NCBI GenBank assembly: GCA_963932905.1
Contig: CAWVRN010000008.1
Location: forward strand, 1-64,000
Source of the DNA: an uncultured Bdellovibrio sp.
GTDB taxonomy: Bacteria > Bdellovibrionota > Bdellovibrionia > Bdellovibrionales > Bdellovibrionaceae
DNA: 64,000 nucleotides
Reading direction: 5' to 3'
Position 1 is the stretch's first letter. Each line of letters begins with the position of its first letter. Shown in pieces: positions 1-7,980 of the stretch. The position numbers and the translations under genes are program-made. The notes beneath the pieces were generated by a model. That model had not been told where the DNA came from, ran no database searches, and saw only the letters and a list, made by a program, of their open reading frames with translations.

Positions 1-19
1 GTCTTTCCAATAGAATTTA

Positions 20-44
20 GCTTCTTAGCCGCAAGCTAAGGAGC
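20..44. terminator. 10-bp hairpin (one G-U on +) downstream of the response regulator; possible terminator
   Basis: GCTTCTTAGC-CGCAA-GCTAAGGAGC; no strong U-tract. Confidence 0.35.
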
Positions 45-58
45 CAGTTCTTGAAAAA

Positions 59-457
59 TTAGGCACCTAGTTTTTCCAATCCAGAATCCTTTAAGATTTT
101 CACGATAGTTTGGATTAGGGCATCTTTACTGAACGGCTTGTAGATTAACCCGGTAGCACCTATTCTTTGCGCGGCAGCTTCGGTCAGTTTCGAATGTCCT
201 GTTGCAAAAAGAATTGGAGGTTGAGCGGTGCCGCTGCTTAAAAGTATGGTAATCATTTCGAAACCATCCATGATAGGCATTTGAATATCTGAAAGAATAA
301 AGTCGACCTTTTGCTCTTTAAGTATTTCGAGCGCGTTGTGTCCGTTTGTGGCCGAAGTCGTAACCGCATTTTCTGAATTTAGAAAGTCGCAAATGATTTC
401 GTTTAAATCGGGATCGTCTTCAACCACTAATATTTTAAACCCAGTTAACTTGTGCAT
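59..457 (-). CDS. Stand-alone response regulator receiver (CheY-like) protein
   Basis: ILVVEDD, DFILSDIQMPIMDG (phospho-Asp), ATGH, YKPF motifs; AAGGA SD upstream. Confidence 0.9.
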   Translation of the reverse strand: MHKLTGFKILVVEDDPDLNEIICDFLNSENAVTTSATNGHNALEILKEQKVDFILSDIQMPIMDGFEMITILLSSGTAQPPILFATGHSKLTEAAAQRIGATGLIYKPFSKDALIQTIVKILKDSGLEKLGA

Positions 458-592
458 ATGTATCCTTTTTGTTATTGGGTTTCGGCTCCCTTAACAATTC
501 GGATAAAAGTCCAGGTGTCTGCAATCAAGAATTCTTGAGAGCGTATGTTTCATTGTGAAACACTTTTTATTGCACTATACTTATTTAGAACC

Positions 593-1345
593 ATGCTGAA
601 AAACCTATTTAAATTTTGTCTAACGCTAATAGTGCTGCCAGGTCTGATTGGCGGTACCGTTTGGTATTTGAATCAGAAAAAATTTTTCGATTTGACTGAA
701 CTTGATTTCAAAACTGAATTCAGCCGCGAAAATAGAAGCGGCAAACCCATACTAGAAAACGAAATTAGAATTTTGTCGCAAAAACTAGATAGTTTTAAAG
801 GCACGTCGTTGTTCGAAGTGGATTTGGAAAAAATTCAACAAACGATTGAATCTGAAAACTGGGTTAAGTCTGTTGAAATTTACAGAGAATGGCCAAATAA
901 ATTACGTATTGTAATAGACGCCTATGACGTTGTTCTTCTGTATTGGATGAACGAAAAGAAAATATTTCCAATTTTAGAAAACAATCGATTGTTAGAACCA
1001 CTGACTGTAGGACAAGCTCCTGATCGTACTGTCACCGTCGAGAAAAAAATATTCGCGGAATCCAAAGTCAGAAAAAAAGCAATTGATCTGCTGAATAGTT
1101 TACCAAGCAACGGGTCCTTTTCTACCGCGAAAATTTCAGAAGTTGGTTATGATCCCAAAGAAGGATTTTGGACCGATCTGCTGAATAAAGAATTACGTGT
1201 GAAATTAGGCAGCGAAAATTTTGAAAGTAAATCACTAAGAGTTTCACAAGTTATCGATTACATCGAGAACAAACAAATTGAAGCGCGCGTCATAGATGCT
1301 AACCTTTCTCAAAAAGTTCTTGTCAGGTTGCGTAAGGAACCCTAA
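593..1345 (+). CDS. ftsQ: Cell division protein FtsQ/DivIB
   Basis: N-terminal TM helix, POTRA motif (WVKSVEIYREWPNKLRIVI), C-terminal VIDANL; directly upstream of ftsA; ATG 593 chosen over 545. Confidence 0.85.
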   Translation: MLKNLFKFCLTLIVLPGLIGGTVWYLNQKKFFDLTELDFKTEFSRENRSGKPILENEIRILSQKLDSFKGTSLFEVDLEKIQQTIESENWVKSVEIYREWPNKLRIVIDAYDVVLLYWMNEKKIFPILENNRLLEPLTVGQAPDRTVTVEKKIFAESKVRKKAIDLLNSLPSNGSFSTAKISEVGYDPKEGFWTDLLNKELRVKLGSENFESKSLRVSQVIDYIENKQIEARVIDANLSQKVLVRLRKEP

Positions 1346-1356
1346 GCTAAAGTTAT

Positions 1357-1390
1357 AGGACCAAAAGTATTGGGTCCTGATACTTTTTTT
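1357..1390 (+). terminator. Weak terminator/attenuator-like hairpin between ftsQ and ftsA
   Basis: AGGACC...GGTCCT stem followed by a T-run at 1384-1390. Confidence 0.35.
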
Positions 1391-1475
1391 AAAATCTAGG
1401 ATGATTTTAAAAGTTCGAAACTTATTGTTTCAACGAACTTGTCGAGCCATGTGCTCGCCAACGTAAGGACAAGGA

Positions 1476-2738
1476 ATGACTGGTCTAAAAAGTGGACACA
1501 AATCTAAATTTCCCGTACTCGCTGGTATTGATATCGGTTCGACGAAAGTATGTTTCGTCATTGGTATCGTCAACGAAGACAATAAGATTGAAATCGTAGG
1601 GGTCGGGCGCGCGCCAAATGCCGGTATTCGACAAGGTATCGTTGTGAATATCGAAGCAACTCAAAACTCAATCAAAAAAGCAAAAGACGAAGCGGAATTG
1701 ATGGCGGGATACCAAGTGGAAGAGGCTTGGGTTGGCGTCAGTGGTACGCATATAAAATCATTTGATTCTAAGGGCATGATTGCCATCAAAAACAAAGAAG
1801 TCGCTGGATCCGATATTGAACGTGTTATCGAGGCCGCCAAAGCCGTTGCTGTCCCGGCTGATCGACAAGTTTTGCACGTTTTGCCTCGCGAATACAAAGT
1901 CGACACTCAAGATGGAATTTCTGATCCTATTGGTATGTCAGGTATTCGTTTGGAAGCGAATGTTCACATTGTGACCGGCGGACAAACTGCAATCAATAAT
2001 ACAATAAAATGTGTGGAAAAAACTGGGGTTAAAATCAACAACCTAGTTCTAGATCCTTTGGCCGCGTCAATTGCCGTTGTTTCTGAAGATGAAAAGTCTT
2101 TAGGTGTTTGTGTTGTGGATATGGGCGGCGGAACGTGCAACTTACTTTATTACGTAAATGGCAGTGTGGCTCATACTAGTGTTATCCCAGTGGGAGGACA
2201 GCACTTTACTCATGACGTAGCTATCGGTTTAAGAACGCCGCAATTAGCAGCAGAGATGTTGAAAATAAATCACGGTTACGCGATCGGTTCTCAGGTGGAA
2301 GATACTGAAACTATCGACGTACAAGGCGTGGGTGGGCGTAAATCTCGTGAAATTCCAAAACGTGATTTGGCTGACGTGATCGAAGCTCGAGCAGAAGAAA
2401 CTTTGAATTTAATTTATCACGATATGAAAATGAGTGGCTTGTTGCCAATGCTGGGTTCAGGAGTCGTCCTTACGGGTGGCGCCAGTCAGTTGGCTGGGCT
2501 AGTAGAAATGGCGGAATTTATTTTTGAAATTCCAGTTCGTCGGGGAATGCCTTCAAATGTAGGCGGACTCACAGACGTAGTTAAATCGGCAGAATATGCG
2601 ACCTCTGTTGGTTTGATTCAATACGGTTACAATCAAAATAAGAACTTATACATAAAACTTGGCCAGGAAATGAAAAGCTCGGAAACTGGAGATGGGCTGA
2701 CACAAAAGATTAAAGATTTTTTCGGGCAAATTTTTTAA
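1476..2738 (+). CDS. ftsA: Cell division protein FtsA
   Basis: GIDIGSTKV, VDMGGGT, GVVLTGGAS actin-like motifs; C-terminal amphipathic KIKDFFGQIF. Confidence 0.98.
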   Translation: MTGLKSGHKSKFPVLAGIDIGSTKVCFVIGIVNEDNKIEIVGVGRAPNAGIRQGIVVNIEATQNSIKKAKDEAELMAGYQVEEAWVGVSGTHIKSFDSKGMIAIKNKEVAGSDIERVIEAAKAVAVPADRQVLHVLPREYKVDTQDGISDPIGMSGIRLEANVHIVTGGQTAINNTIKCVEKTGVKINNLVLDPLAASIAVVSEDEKSLGVCVVDMGGGTCNLLYYVNGSVAHTSVIPVGGQHFTHDVAIGLRTPQLAAEMLKINHGYAIGSQVEDTETIDVQGVGGRKSREIPKRDLADVIEARAEETLNLIYHDMKMSGLLPMLGSGVVLTGGASQLAGLVEMAEFIFEIPVRRGMPSNVGGLTDVVKSAEYATSVGLIQYGYNQNKNLYIKLGQEMKSSETGDGLTQKIKDFFGQIF

Positions 2739-2750
2739 CGGGGAGAGGGC

Positions 2751-4358
2751 ATGTTTGAACTCGAAGAGAACATAAATATTGGGGCAAATATAAAGGTAGT
2801 CGGCGTTGGTGGCGGCGGTAGTAACGCAGTGACAACAATGATCGAAGGCCAAATGTCTGGCGTTGAATTCATCGTTGCAAATACAGACATTCAAGCTTTG
2901 AACGCAAATAAAGCATCTACAAAAATTCAATTAGGTTTAGATCTTACGAAAGGATTAGGGGCAGGGGCTAATCCAGATATCGGTCGCCGAGCAGCGATTG
3001 AATCTTACAACGAGATCGTGGAAAAATTAGAAGGCGCAGACATGGTGTTCGTGACTGCGGGAATGGGCGGAGGCACTGGTACTGGTGGCGCTCCGGTAGT
3101 AGCAAAAATTGCTCGTGAGCTTGGGGCTCTGACAATCGGGGTTGTTACTAAGCCATTCATGTTCGAAGGTAAAAAACGTGGCAAGCATGCGGAAGCTGGT
3201 TTACAGGAACTACAAGACAATGTGGATACTTTAATTGTCATCCCAAACCAAAAGCTTCTTAGCATCGCTGGTGAAAAAACTCCTCTTTTAGATACATTCA
3301 AAAAAGCAGATGAAGTTTTATTACAGGCCGTAAAAGGTATTTCAGATTTAATTAACATCCGTGGTTTGATCAACTTAGACTTCGCGGATATCCGTACTGT
3401 TATGAAGGAAAAAGGTATGGCGATCATGGGTACTGGTTCTGCTAAAGGTGAGAACCGTGCAGTGGAAGCAGCAACATTCGCTATTTCATCTCCACTTCTT
3501 GAGAACATCAAGATCGATGGTGCTACGGGCATCATCATTAATGTTACGGGTGGTAGTGATCTTAGCCTTTACGAAGTTAACGAAGCTTCGACTCTTATCA
3601 CTGAAGCAGCTCACGAAGATGCAGAAATTATCTTCGGTGCGGTTATCGATGATTCATTGGGTGATGAAGTACGTGTTACAGTTATTGCTACAGGTTTCTC
3701 TGACCCGGCTGAAAAGAAAAACACAGTTCAAGACGCATTCTCTGGAATGCAGAATTTTTTGAACACAGCTCCAATCCAAATGCCGGCGCTAAATATTCCG
3801 CCGCCATCAATTAATCCAGCGATGTCGTCAACATCAGGATTAAATTTTGAATTGCCACCGATCTCTGCAGTTCAGAATTCTGTGAACCAATTTACTCACG
3901 AGGCAATGCCGGTGGTTGAAGAAGTTCCGGTGATGCAACAGCCATCGGTGATTGCGACTCAACCTCTTCCGCAACCGATTCAGCACGCTCAGCCGATGCA
4001 ACAACAGGCTCCGCAATTTCCAATGCAGCCGCCAGTGATTCAGCAACCTCAAATGATGACGCCAGAATCCGCACCTCAGCCGACTGCGCCGTCTGTTATT
4101 TCTCCAAATGAGTCTTTGTTGAACTCGCGTGATATGCTAGTCGCTAAAGCGCGTGCTTTCAAAGAAAGCCAAGATTTGAAAAACAAACATGTTGGCCCTG
4201 AGCAGCTGTCAATGATGATGGAAAATGAATCTGCATCTTTGGAAGAAGCACGCAAAATGGCTCGCGATGTTTTATCTTCAAGTTTCCATGGGCAAAACTT
4301 AGACGTTCCTTCTTTTATCAGAAAACGTCAAAGTATGGAATCAGACACTAAAGAGTAG
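2751..4358 (+). CDS. ftsZ: Cell division protein FtsZ with very long Pro/Gln-rich linker
   Basis: [18 protein letters not shown] tubulin signature, INLDFADI, C-terminal LDVPSFIRK peptide. Confidence 0.99.
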   Translation: MFELEENINIGANIKVVGVGGGGSNAVTTMIEGQMSGVEFIVANTDIQALNANKASTKIQLGLDLTKGLGAGANPDIGRRAAIESYNEIVEKLEGADMVFVTAGMGGGTGTGGAPVVAKIARELGALTIGVVTKPFMFEGKKRGKHAEAGLQELQDNVDTLIVIPNQKLLSIAGEKTPLLDTFKKADEVLLQAVKGISDLINIRGLINLDFADIRTVMKEKGMAIMGTGSAKGENRAVEAATFAISSPLLENIKIDGATGIIINVTGGSDLSLYEVNEASTLITEAAHEDAEIIFGAVIDDSLGDEVRVTVIATGFSDPAEKKNTVQDAFSGMQNFLNTAPIQMPALNIPPPSINPAMSSTSGLNFELPPISAVQNSVNQFTHEAMPVVEEVPVMQQPSVIATQPLPQPIQHAQPMQQQAPQFPMQPPVIQQPQMMTPESAPQPTAPSVISPNESLLNSRDMLVAKARAFKESQDLKNKHVGPEQLSMMMENESASLEEARKMARDVLSSSFHGQNLDVPSFIRKRQSMESDTKE

Positions 4359-5107
4359 TGGCTAGTTACTTTATTTCCGATTTACATTTAAAAAGCCTAG
4401 ATGAGGAATCATCTAGGCTTTTGCTTTTTTTCTTTCGCGAGACTTGGCATAAGTCACCGGGCGATGTGTATTTGTTGGGTGATATTTTTGATATCTGGGT
4501 TTCTGATCATTCTGTTTTTATTAAACGATACCAGCCAATCATCGATGAGTTGAAAAAAATAAAATCGCAGGGGTACAAGATTGTTTATTTCGAAGGAAAT
4601 CACGACCTTCATTTGAAAAAATATTGGCAAAAAATTTTAGGCTTTGAAGTGTATTTCGATGTTGGTTATTTCGATATCGAAGGAAAAGTATTTCGCTTAG
4701 AACACGGCGATTTGATCAACTTAGCCGATGAAAACTATCAATGGTGGAGAAAGTTTTTGCGTTCACCAATGATGGTTACTTTGGGCGCAAATCTACCAGG
4801 CGCGTTTTGGAATTTCTTGGCAGAAAAGTACAGCCATCAAAGTAGAAAAATGAGTTCCGCGTATCGTGAGCAAAGAAAAGCCGAAATCATTGAAATGATT
4901 CGTGCGCATGCTCCAAGAGCCTATCAGGAAAAAAGTTTTGACTACATTATCTCAGGCCACATGCACGTGGTCGACGATTTTGAAACCGCAGCCAACAACG
5001 GAACTAAAATCCGCTCAATAAATCTAGGCACCTGGCTAGACGGCGCTAAAATCCTAAAATACGAAGCCGACACATTTACCTGGCTCAAAGCCCCCAATTT
5101 CAAATAG
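4358..5107 (+). CDS. lpxH: UDP-2,3-diacylglucosamine diphosphatase (LpxH-like metallophosphoesterase)
   Basis: FISDLHL, LLGDIFD, EGNHD, EHGD, GHMH calcineurin-like motifs; GTG start overlapping ftsZ stop. Confidence 0.85.
   Translation: MASYFISDLHLKSLDEESSRLLLFFFRETWHKSPGDVYLLGDIFDIWVSDHSVFIKRYQPIIDELKKIKSQGYKIVYFEGNHDLHLKKYWQKILGFEVYFDVGYFDIEGKVFRLEHGDLINLADENYQWWRKFLRSPMMVTLGANLPGAFWNFLAEKYSHQSRKMSSAYREQRKAEIIEMIRAHAPRAYQEKSFDYIISGHMHVVDDFETAANNGTKIRSINLGTWLDGAKILKYEADTFTWLKAPNFK
4391..4431 (+). terminator. Rho-independent terminator of ftsZ embedded in the lpxH coding sequence
   Basis: Perfect 14-bp stem AAAAGCCTAGATGA-GGAA-TCATCTAGGCTTTT followed by GCTTTTTTT. Confidence 0.7.
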
Positions 5108-5184
5108 AAAAGGGTACCTCCTAACATTCTGGAGCCCGCCGCATTAGACACGGCGGGCTCCAGAATGTTAGGAGGTACCCTTTT
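5108..5184. repeat. Perfect 34-bp inverted repeat (REP-like palindrome / bidirectional terminator)
   Basis: 5108-5141 is the exact reverse complement of 5151-5184, 9-nt loop CATTAGACA; lies between convergent genes. Confidence 0.9.
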
Positions 5185-5186
5185 TT

Positions 5187-6071
5187 TTAGAAGTTAAACT
5201 GCAGGGCGAATTCGTTGAAGTTTGTTTTGGATGTGCTGATGCTGCTGTAATTTTCACCGGCTGAAGCAAAGATATGTACCCGTGAAAAATAGTAGATTCC
5301 GATGTCGATGCTGTCGACATAGTATTGAGTGTCGGAAATGATATCATCACTGTAGGTTCTTGTGATGGTTGCGTCTATCCATGAGGTGGGTAGAAAGCGC
5401 AGGGAGATGGATTGGGAAACGTCAGATAAACTGTCTAGCGTATTCGCCACGTTTGAAAATAGCGAACTTAAAACTTCGGACCGATTTAGTTTTGTTTTTA
5501 TCGATTCCACGTCTTGGTTATAATTGAACCGATAGTATGAGCCCGTTAATTCAAACCAATAAATCGGAAATGCAGATAACGATATTCCTGATGAAGTTTG
5601 TTCCAAACTAAAATCAAATTTTCTACGTGCAAATGTTTTAGATTGATCCATACCAATGCGCTCGCCTTTAACTTTTACTCCGAAGTTAGGTTTAAAGCCA
5701 TCAACCACCTCCTGCCCATAAAAGAACTTCTGACCAACTTCGCCATTCAAAGTTTTTGTTTTTAGTTCTTCAGAGCTATTGCTGTATTGTCCGGTTGACA
5801 CGTTCAACGATAAAAAACTGGGCGTGATTATCTGTAGGCCGATATTTTTGTTATCTGAATCCGATTGATCAAGTGTATTTTTTGATTTTGTATAGCCCAG
5901 ATAACCTTCAAAGAAAGTATCTTCGTCTTTAATGTAGAATTCATTGTTGAAGGCTAAATCAACACTAGAATTTTCTAATGTCGAGGTGTTGTTCTTCGTG
6001 AGTTTTATGTTATGGGCATTGCTTATTATTGAAAACAAAATTGGAAATAGAGCAACGCCCAAACGATTCAT
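5187..6071 (-). CDS. Putative outer-membrane beta-barrel protein
   Basis: Signal peptide, alternating beta-strand pattern, C-terminal ALQFNF BAM-type motif. Confidence 0.65.
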   Translation of the reverse strand: MNRLGVALFPILFSIISNAHNIKLTKNNTSTLENSSVDLAFNNEFYIKDEDTFFEGYLGYTKSKNTLDQSDSDNKNIGLQIITPSFLSLNVSTGQYSNSSEELKTKTLNGEVGQKFFYGQEVVDGFKPNFGVKVKGERIGMDQSKTFARRKFDFSLEQTSSGISLSAFPIYWFELTGSYYRFNYNQDVESIKTKLNRSEVLSSLFSNVANTLDSLSDVSQSISLRFLPTSWIDATITRTYSDDIISDTQYYVDSIDIGIYYFSRVHIFASAGENYSSISTSKTNFNEFALQFNF

Positions 6072-6074
6072 AAA

Positions 6075-6803
6075 TTAGAAATTATAAGTGTAACCTAATA
6101 CGCCTTGAATACCTGACATTGTCGTTGCCATATCGTTTTGATCGTATTCAACTTCGCGACTGTTTTGAGTTTGAGTAAAGCCAGTAAGCGTTCCACTGAC
6201 GCTGTCAGCAACGTTGCGTTCAATCGGGAGATAACGAACGTTACCTTCCAGAGTCATGCAATGATTTTCAGTGAAACAGAACTCCGCGCCTAAGCCCGCT
6301 TGCGCGCCAAAATTAGATCCCGAGTAGCTTAACGAAGCATCACCTTGCTTCACTTCACCTTTTAGATAGCCAAAACCAACTCCCGCTTGCATGAAAAAGC
6401 GAATAAAGCTGTTTTCTAATGGGTAAAGTCTAAGCAACGGGAAAAATGTAAAACCGTTTAGTGTATGGTTGTAATCACCGACTGTGTTGCCCGAACCTTT
6501 ACCCGATTGCATGAAGTATGATGGTCTGAAAACTAAGGCAAAAATTGAACCGCTAAAGCGATATTGATACTGAATAAAAAAATCGTAAGCTGATGTTAAA
6601 CTTTTGGTGGAAACTCCACCTTGAGTTGAATTCACCGAATCGATGATTGAGTTCAGATCTTTTTGATCTGATGATATTGTTGTCAGACCTGCAGTGATCG
6701 AATGACCACCACTGCCTCCACCGCCACGAGCAGCGAATACGTCTTCAGCCGAAAGAATTATAATTGATAGTGATAAAAGAATGATAAATAAAATCCGTTT
6801 CAT
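6075..6803 (-). CDS. Outer-membrane beta-barrel protein (small OMP-type)
   Basis: Signal peptide (VFA-A), FMQAGVGFG and QAGLGAEF strands, C-terminal LGYTYNF. Confidence 0.75.
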   Translation of the reverse strand: MKRILFIILLSLSIIILSAEDVFAARGGGGSGGHSITAGLTTISSDQKDLNSIIDSVNSTQGGVSTKSLTSAYDFFIQYQYRFSGSIFALVFRPSYFMQSGKGSGNTVGDYNHTLNGFTFFPLLRLYPLENSFIRFFMQAGVGFGYLKGEVKQGDASLSYSGSNFGAQAGLGAEFCFTENHCMTLEGNVRYLPIERNVADSVSGTLTGFTQTQNSREVEYDQNDMATTMSGIQGVLGYTYNF

Positions 6804-6815
6804 ATAATCATCTCC

Positions 6816-6853
6816 AAAAAAAAAGAACCTATAAAGTTGCCTTTATAGGTTCT
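6816..6853 (-). terminator. Rho-independent terminator of the TRL-like gene
   Basis: 13-bp perfect stem AGAACCTATAAAG-TTGC-CTTTATAGGTTCT with A-run at 6816-6824 (U-tract on minus). Confidence 0.8.
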
Positions 6854-6894
6854 AATACTAATTGTTTAAGTGCAAGTCGAGCTATCGAGCTAGA

Positions 6895-7296
6895 TTAAAG
6901 ACCTGGAGCTGGTGCTGCTGGAGGCGGAGCTGGTTGGCCACCAGGGACCTTCATTGGAGCTGAAGGCGTAATACCGCGATTACCGTAAACGATAGTGCAG
7001 AATTGTGCCCAGAATCCCAGGATATTTGTATAGGATTGTTCAACATGTGAAACTTGAGTTACGTTAGCTGCTTTTGCCGCTGCTGTGATACTAGCATCAC
7101 CCAAAGCAACCAAACCTAAATAACTAGATGCACACGCTTGACCGTGCATAGCACCTCTTGGAGCGCCAGTCGCATTGATAGGACCTTGAACGTCAGAGTA
7201 CAACATACCGCTGATTGGTTGTCCAGAAGCACAGCCAGTTAAGTAAGCAGAAGACAACGCTAGTCCGCAAGCCAATACAAATTTAAATACTTTCAT
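6895..7296 (-). CDS. TRL-like family lipoprotein
   Basis: Lipobox LTGC; GQACASSYLGLVALGDASITAA...CTIVYG pattern typical of TRL-like proteins; Pro/Ala tail. Confidence 0.75.
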   Translation of the reverse strand: MKVFKFVLACGLALSSAYLTGCASGQPISGMLYSDVQGPINATGAPRGAMHGQACASSYLGLVALGDASITAAAKAANVTQVSHVEQSYTNILGFWAQFCTIVYGNRGITPSAPMKVPGGQPAPPPAAPAPGL

Positions 7297-7407
7297 AAAA
7301 TTCCTCTTTTATATGGTTAAATAGTATCTACTCTAAAAGGTTGATAGTTTCTATTTGGAATGTCAATAGTATTAGTTACGATGAAACGTGAGTGCCGAAG
7401 GTAGAAA

Positions 7408-7980
7408 ATGAAAAAGAAGTACGCAGAAAAAGATTTAATCGAATCAAAAATTGCAACGATTGCTGAACAGAACCCTCAGTTTTTAAGAATGCAAACGGAT
7501 GCTGTGCAATTAAGTAACTCACAGAAAGTAATTCGAGAATTCGTGCTTCATCCAGGTGCTGCGCTTGTTATACCCGAAGTTAAAAAAGGCGAATTGCTAT
7601 TTGTTAAGCAGTTTCGCTACCCTCTGAAACAAATATTTCTAGAACTACCGGCGGGAAAAATCGACAAGGGTGAAACACCACTTGAAACCGCCAAGCGTGA
7701 ATTAAAAGAAGAAGTTGGTTATGTAGCTAAGACCATGAAATACGTAACAACTATACATCCTGTTATTGGTTACAGTGATGAAGTGATACATATTTATTTA
7801 GCTCGAGAACTTAAATTCGTAGGCGATTCGCCGGATGAAGGTGAATTTTTAATTCCGCAGATTTTAACTTTGAAGCAAGCCATGATGCAAATAAAGCGAC
7901 ATAAGGTCACTGATGTGAAAACTCAAATCGCTTTATTTTGGTACGAGAAAATTATTAAAGGTCTTTGGTCGACAAAATAA
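7408..7980 (+). CDS. nudF: NUDIX hydrolase (ADP-ribose pyrophosphatase-like)
   Basis: Nudix box GKIDKGETPLETAKRELKEEVG; HPGAA, QFRYP, ELPAG. Confidence 0.85.
   Translation: MKKKYAEKDLIESKIATIAEQNPQFLRMQTDAVQLSNSQKVIREFVLHPGAALVIPEVKKGELLFVKQFRYPLKQIFLELPAGKIDKGETPLETAKRELKEEVGYVAKTMKYVTTIHPVIGYSDEVIHIYLARELKFVGDSPDEGEFLIPQILTLKQAMMQIKRHKVTDVKTQIALFWYEKIIKGLWSTK

Noticed and set aside
3005..3538. 177-aa antisense ORF within ftsZ (and similar shadows in ftsA, gap, aminopeptidase, fadL)
   Set aside because: Typical antisense shadow of biased codon usage in conserved genes
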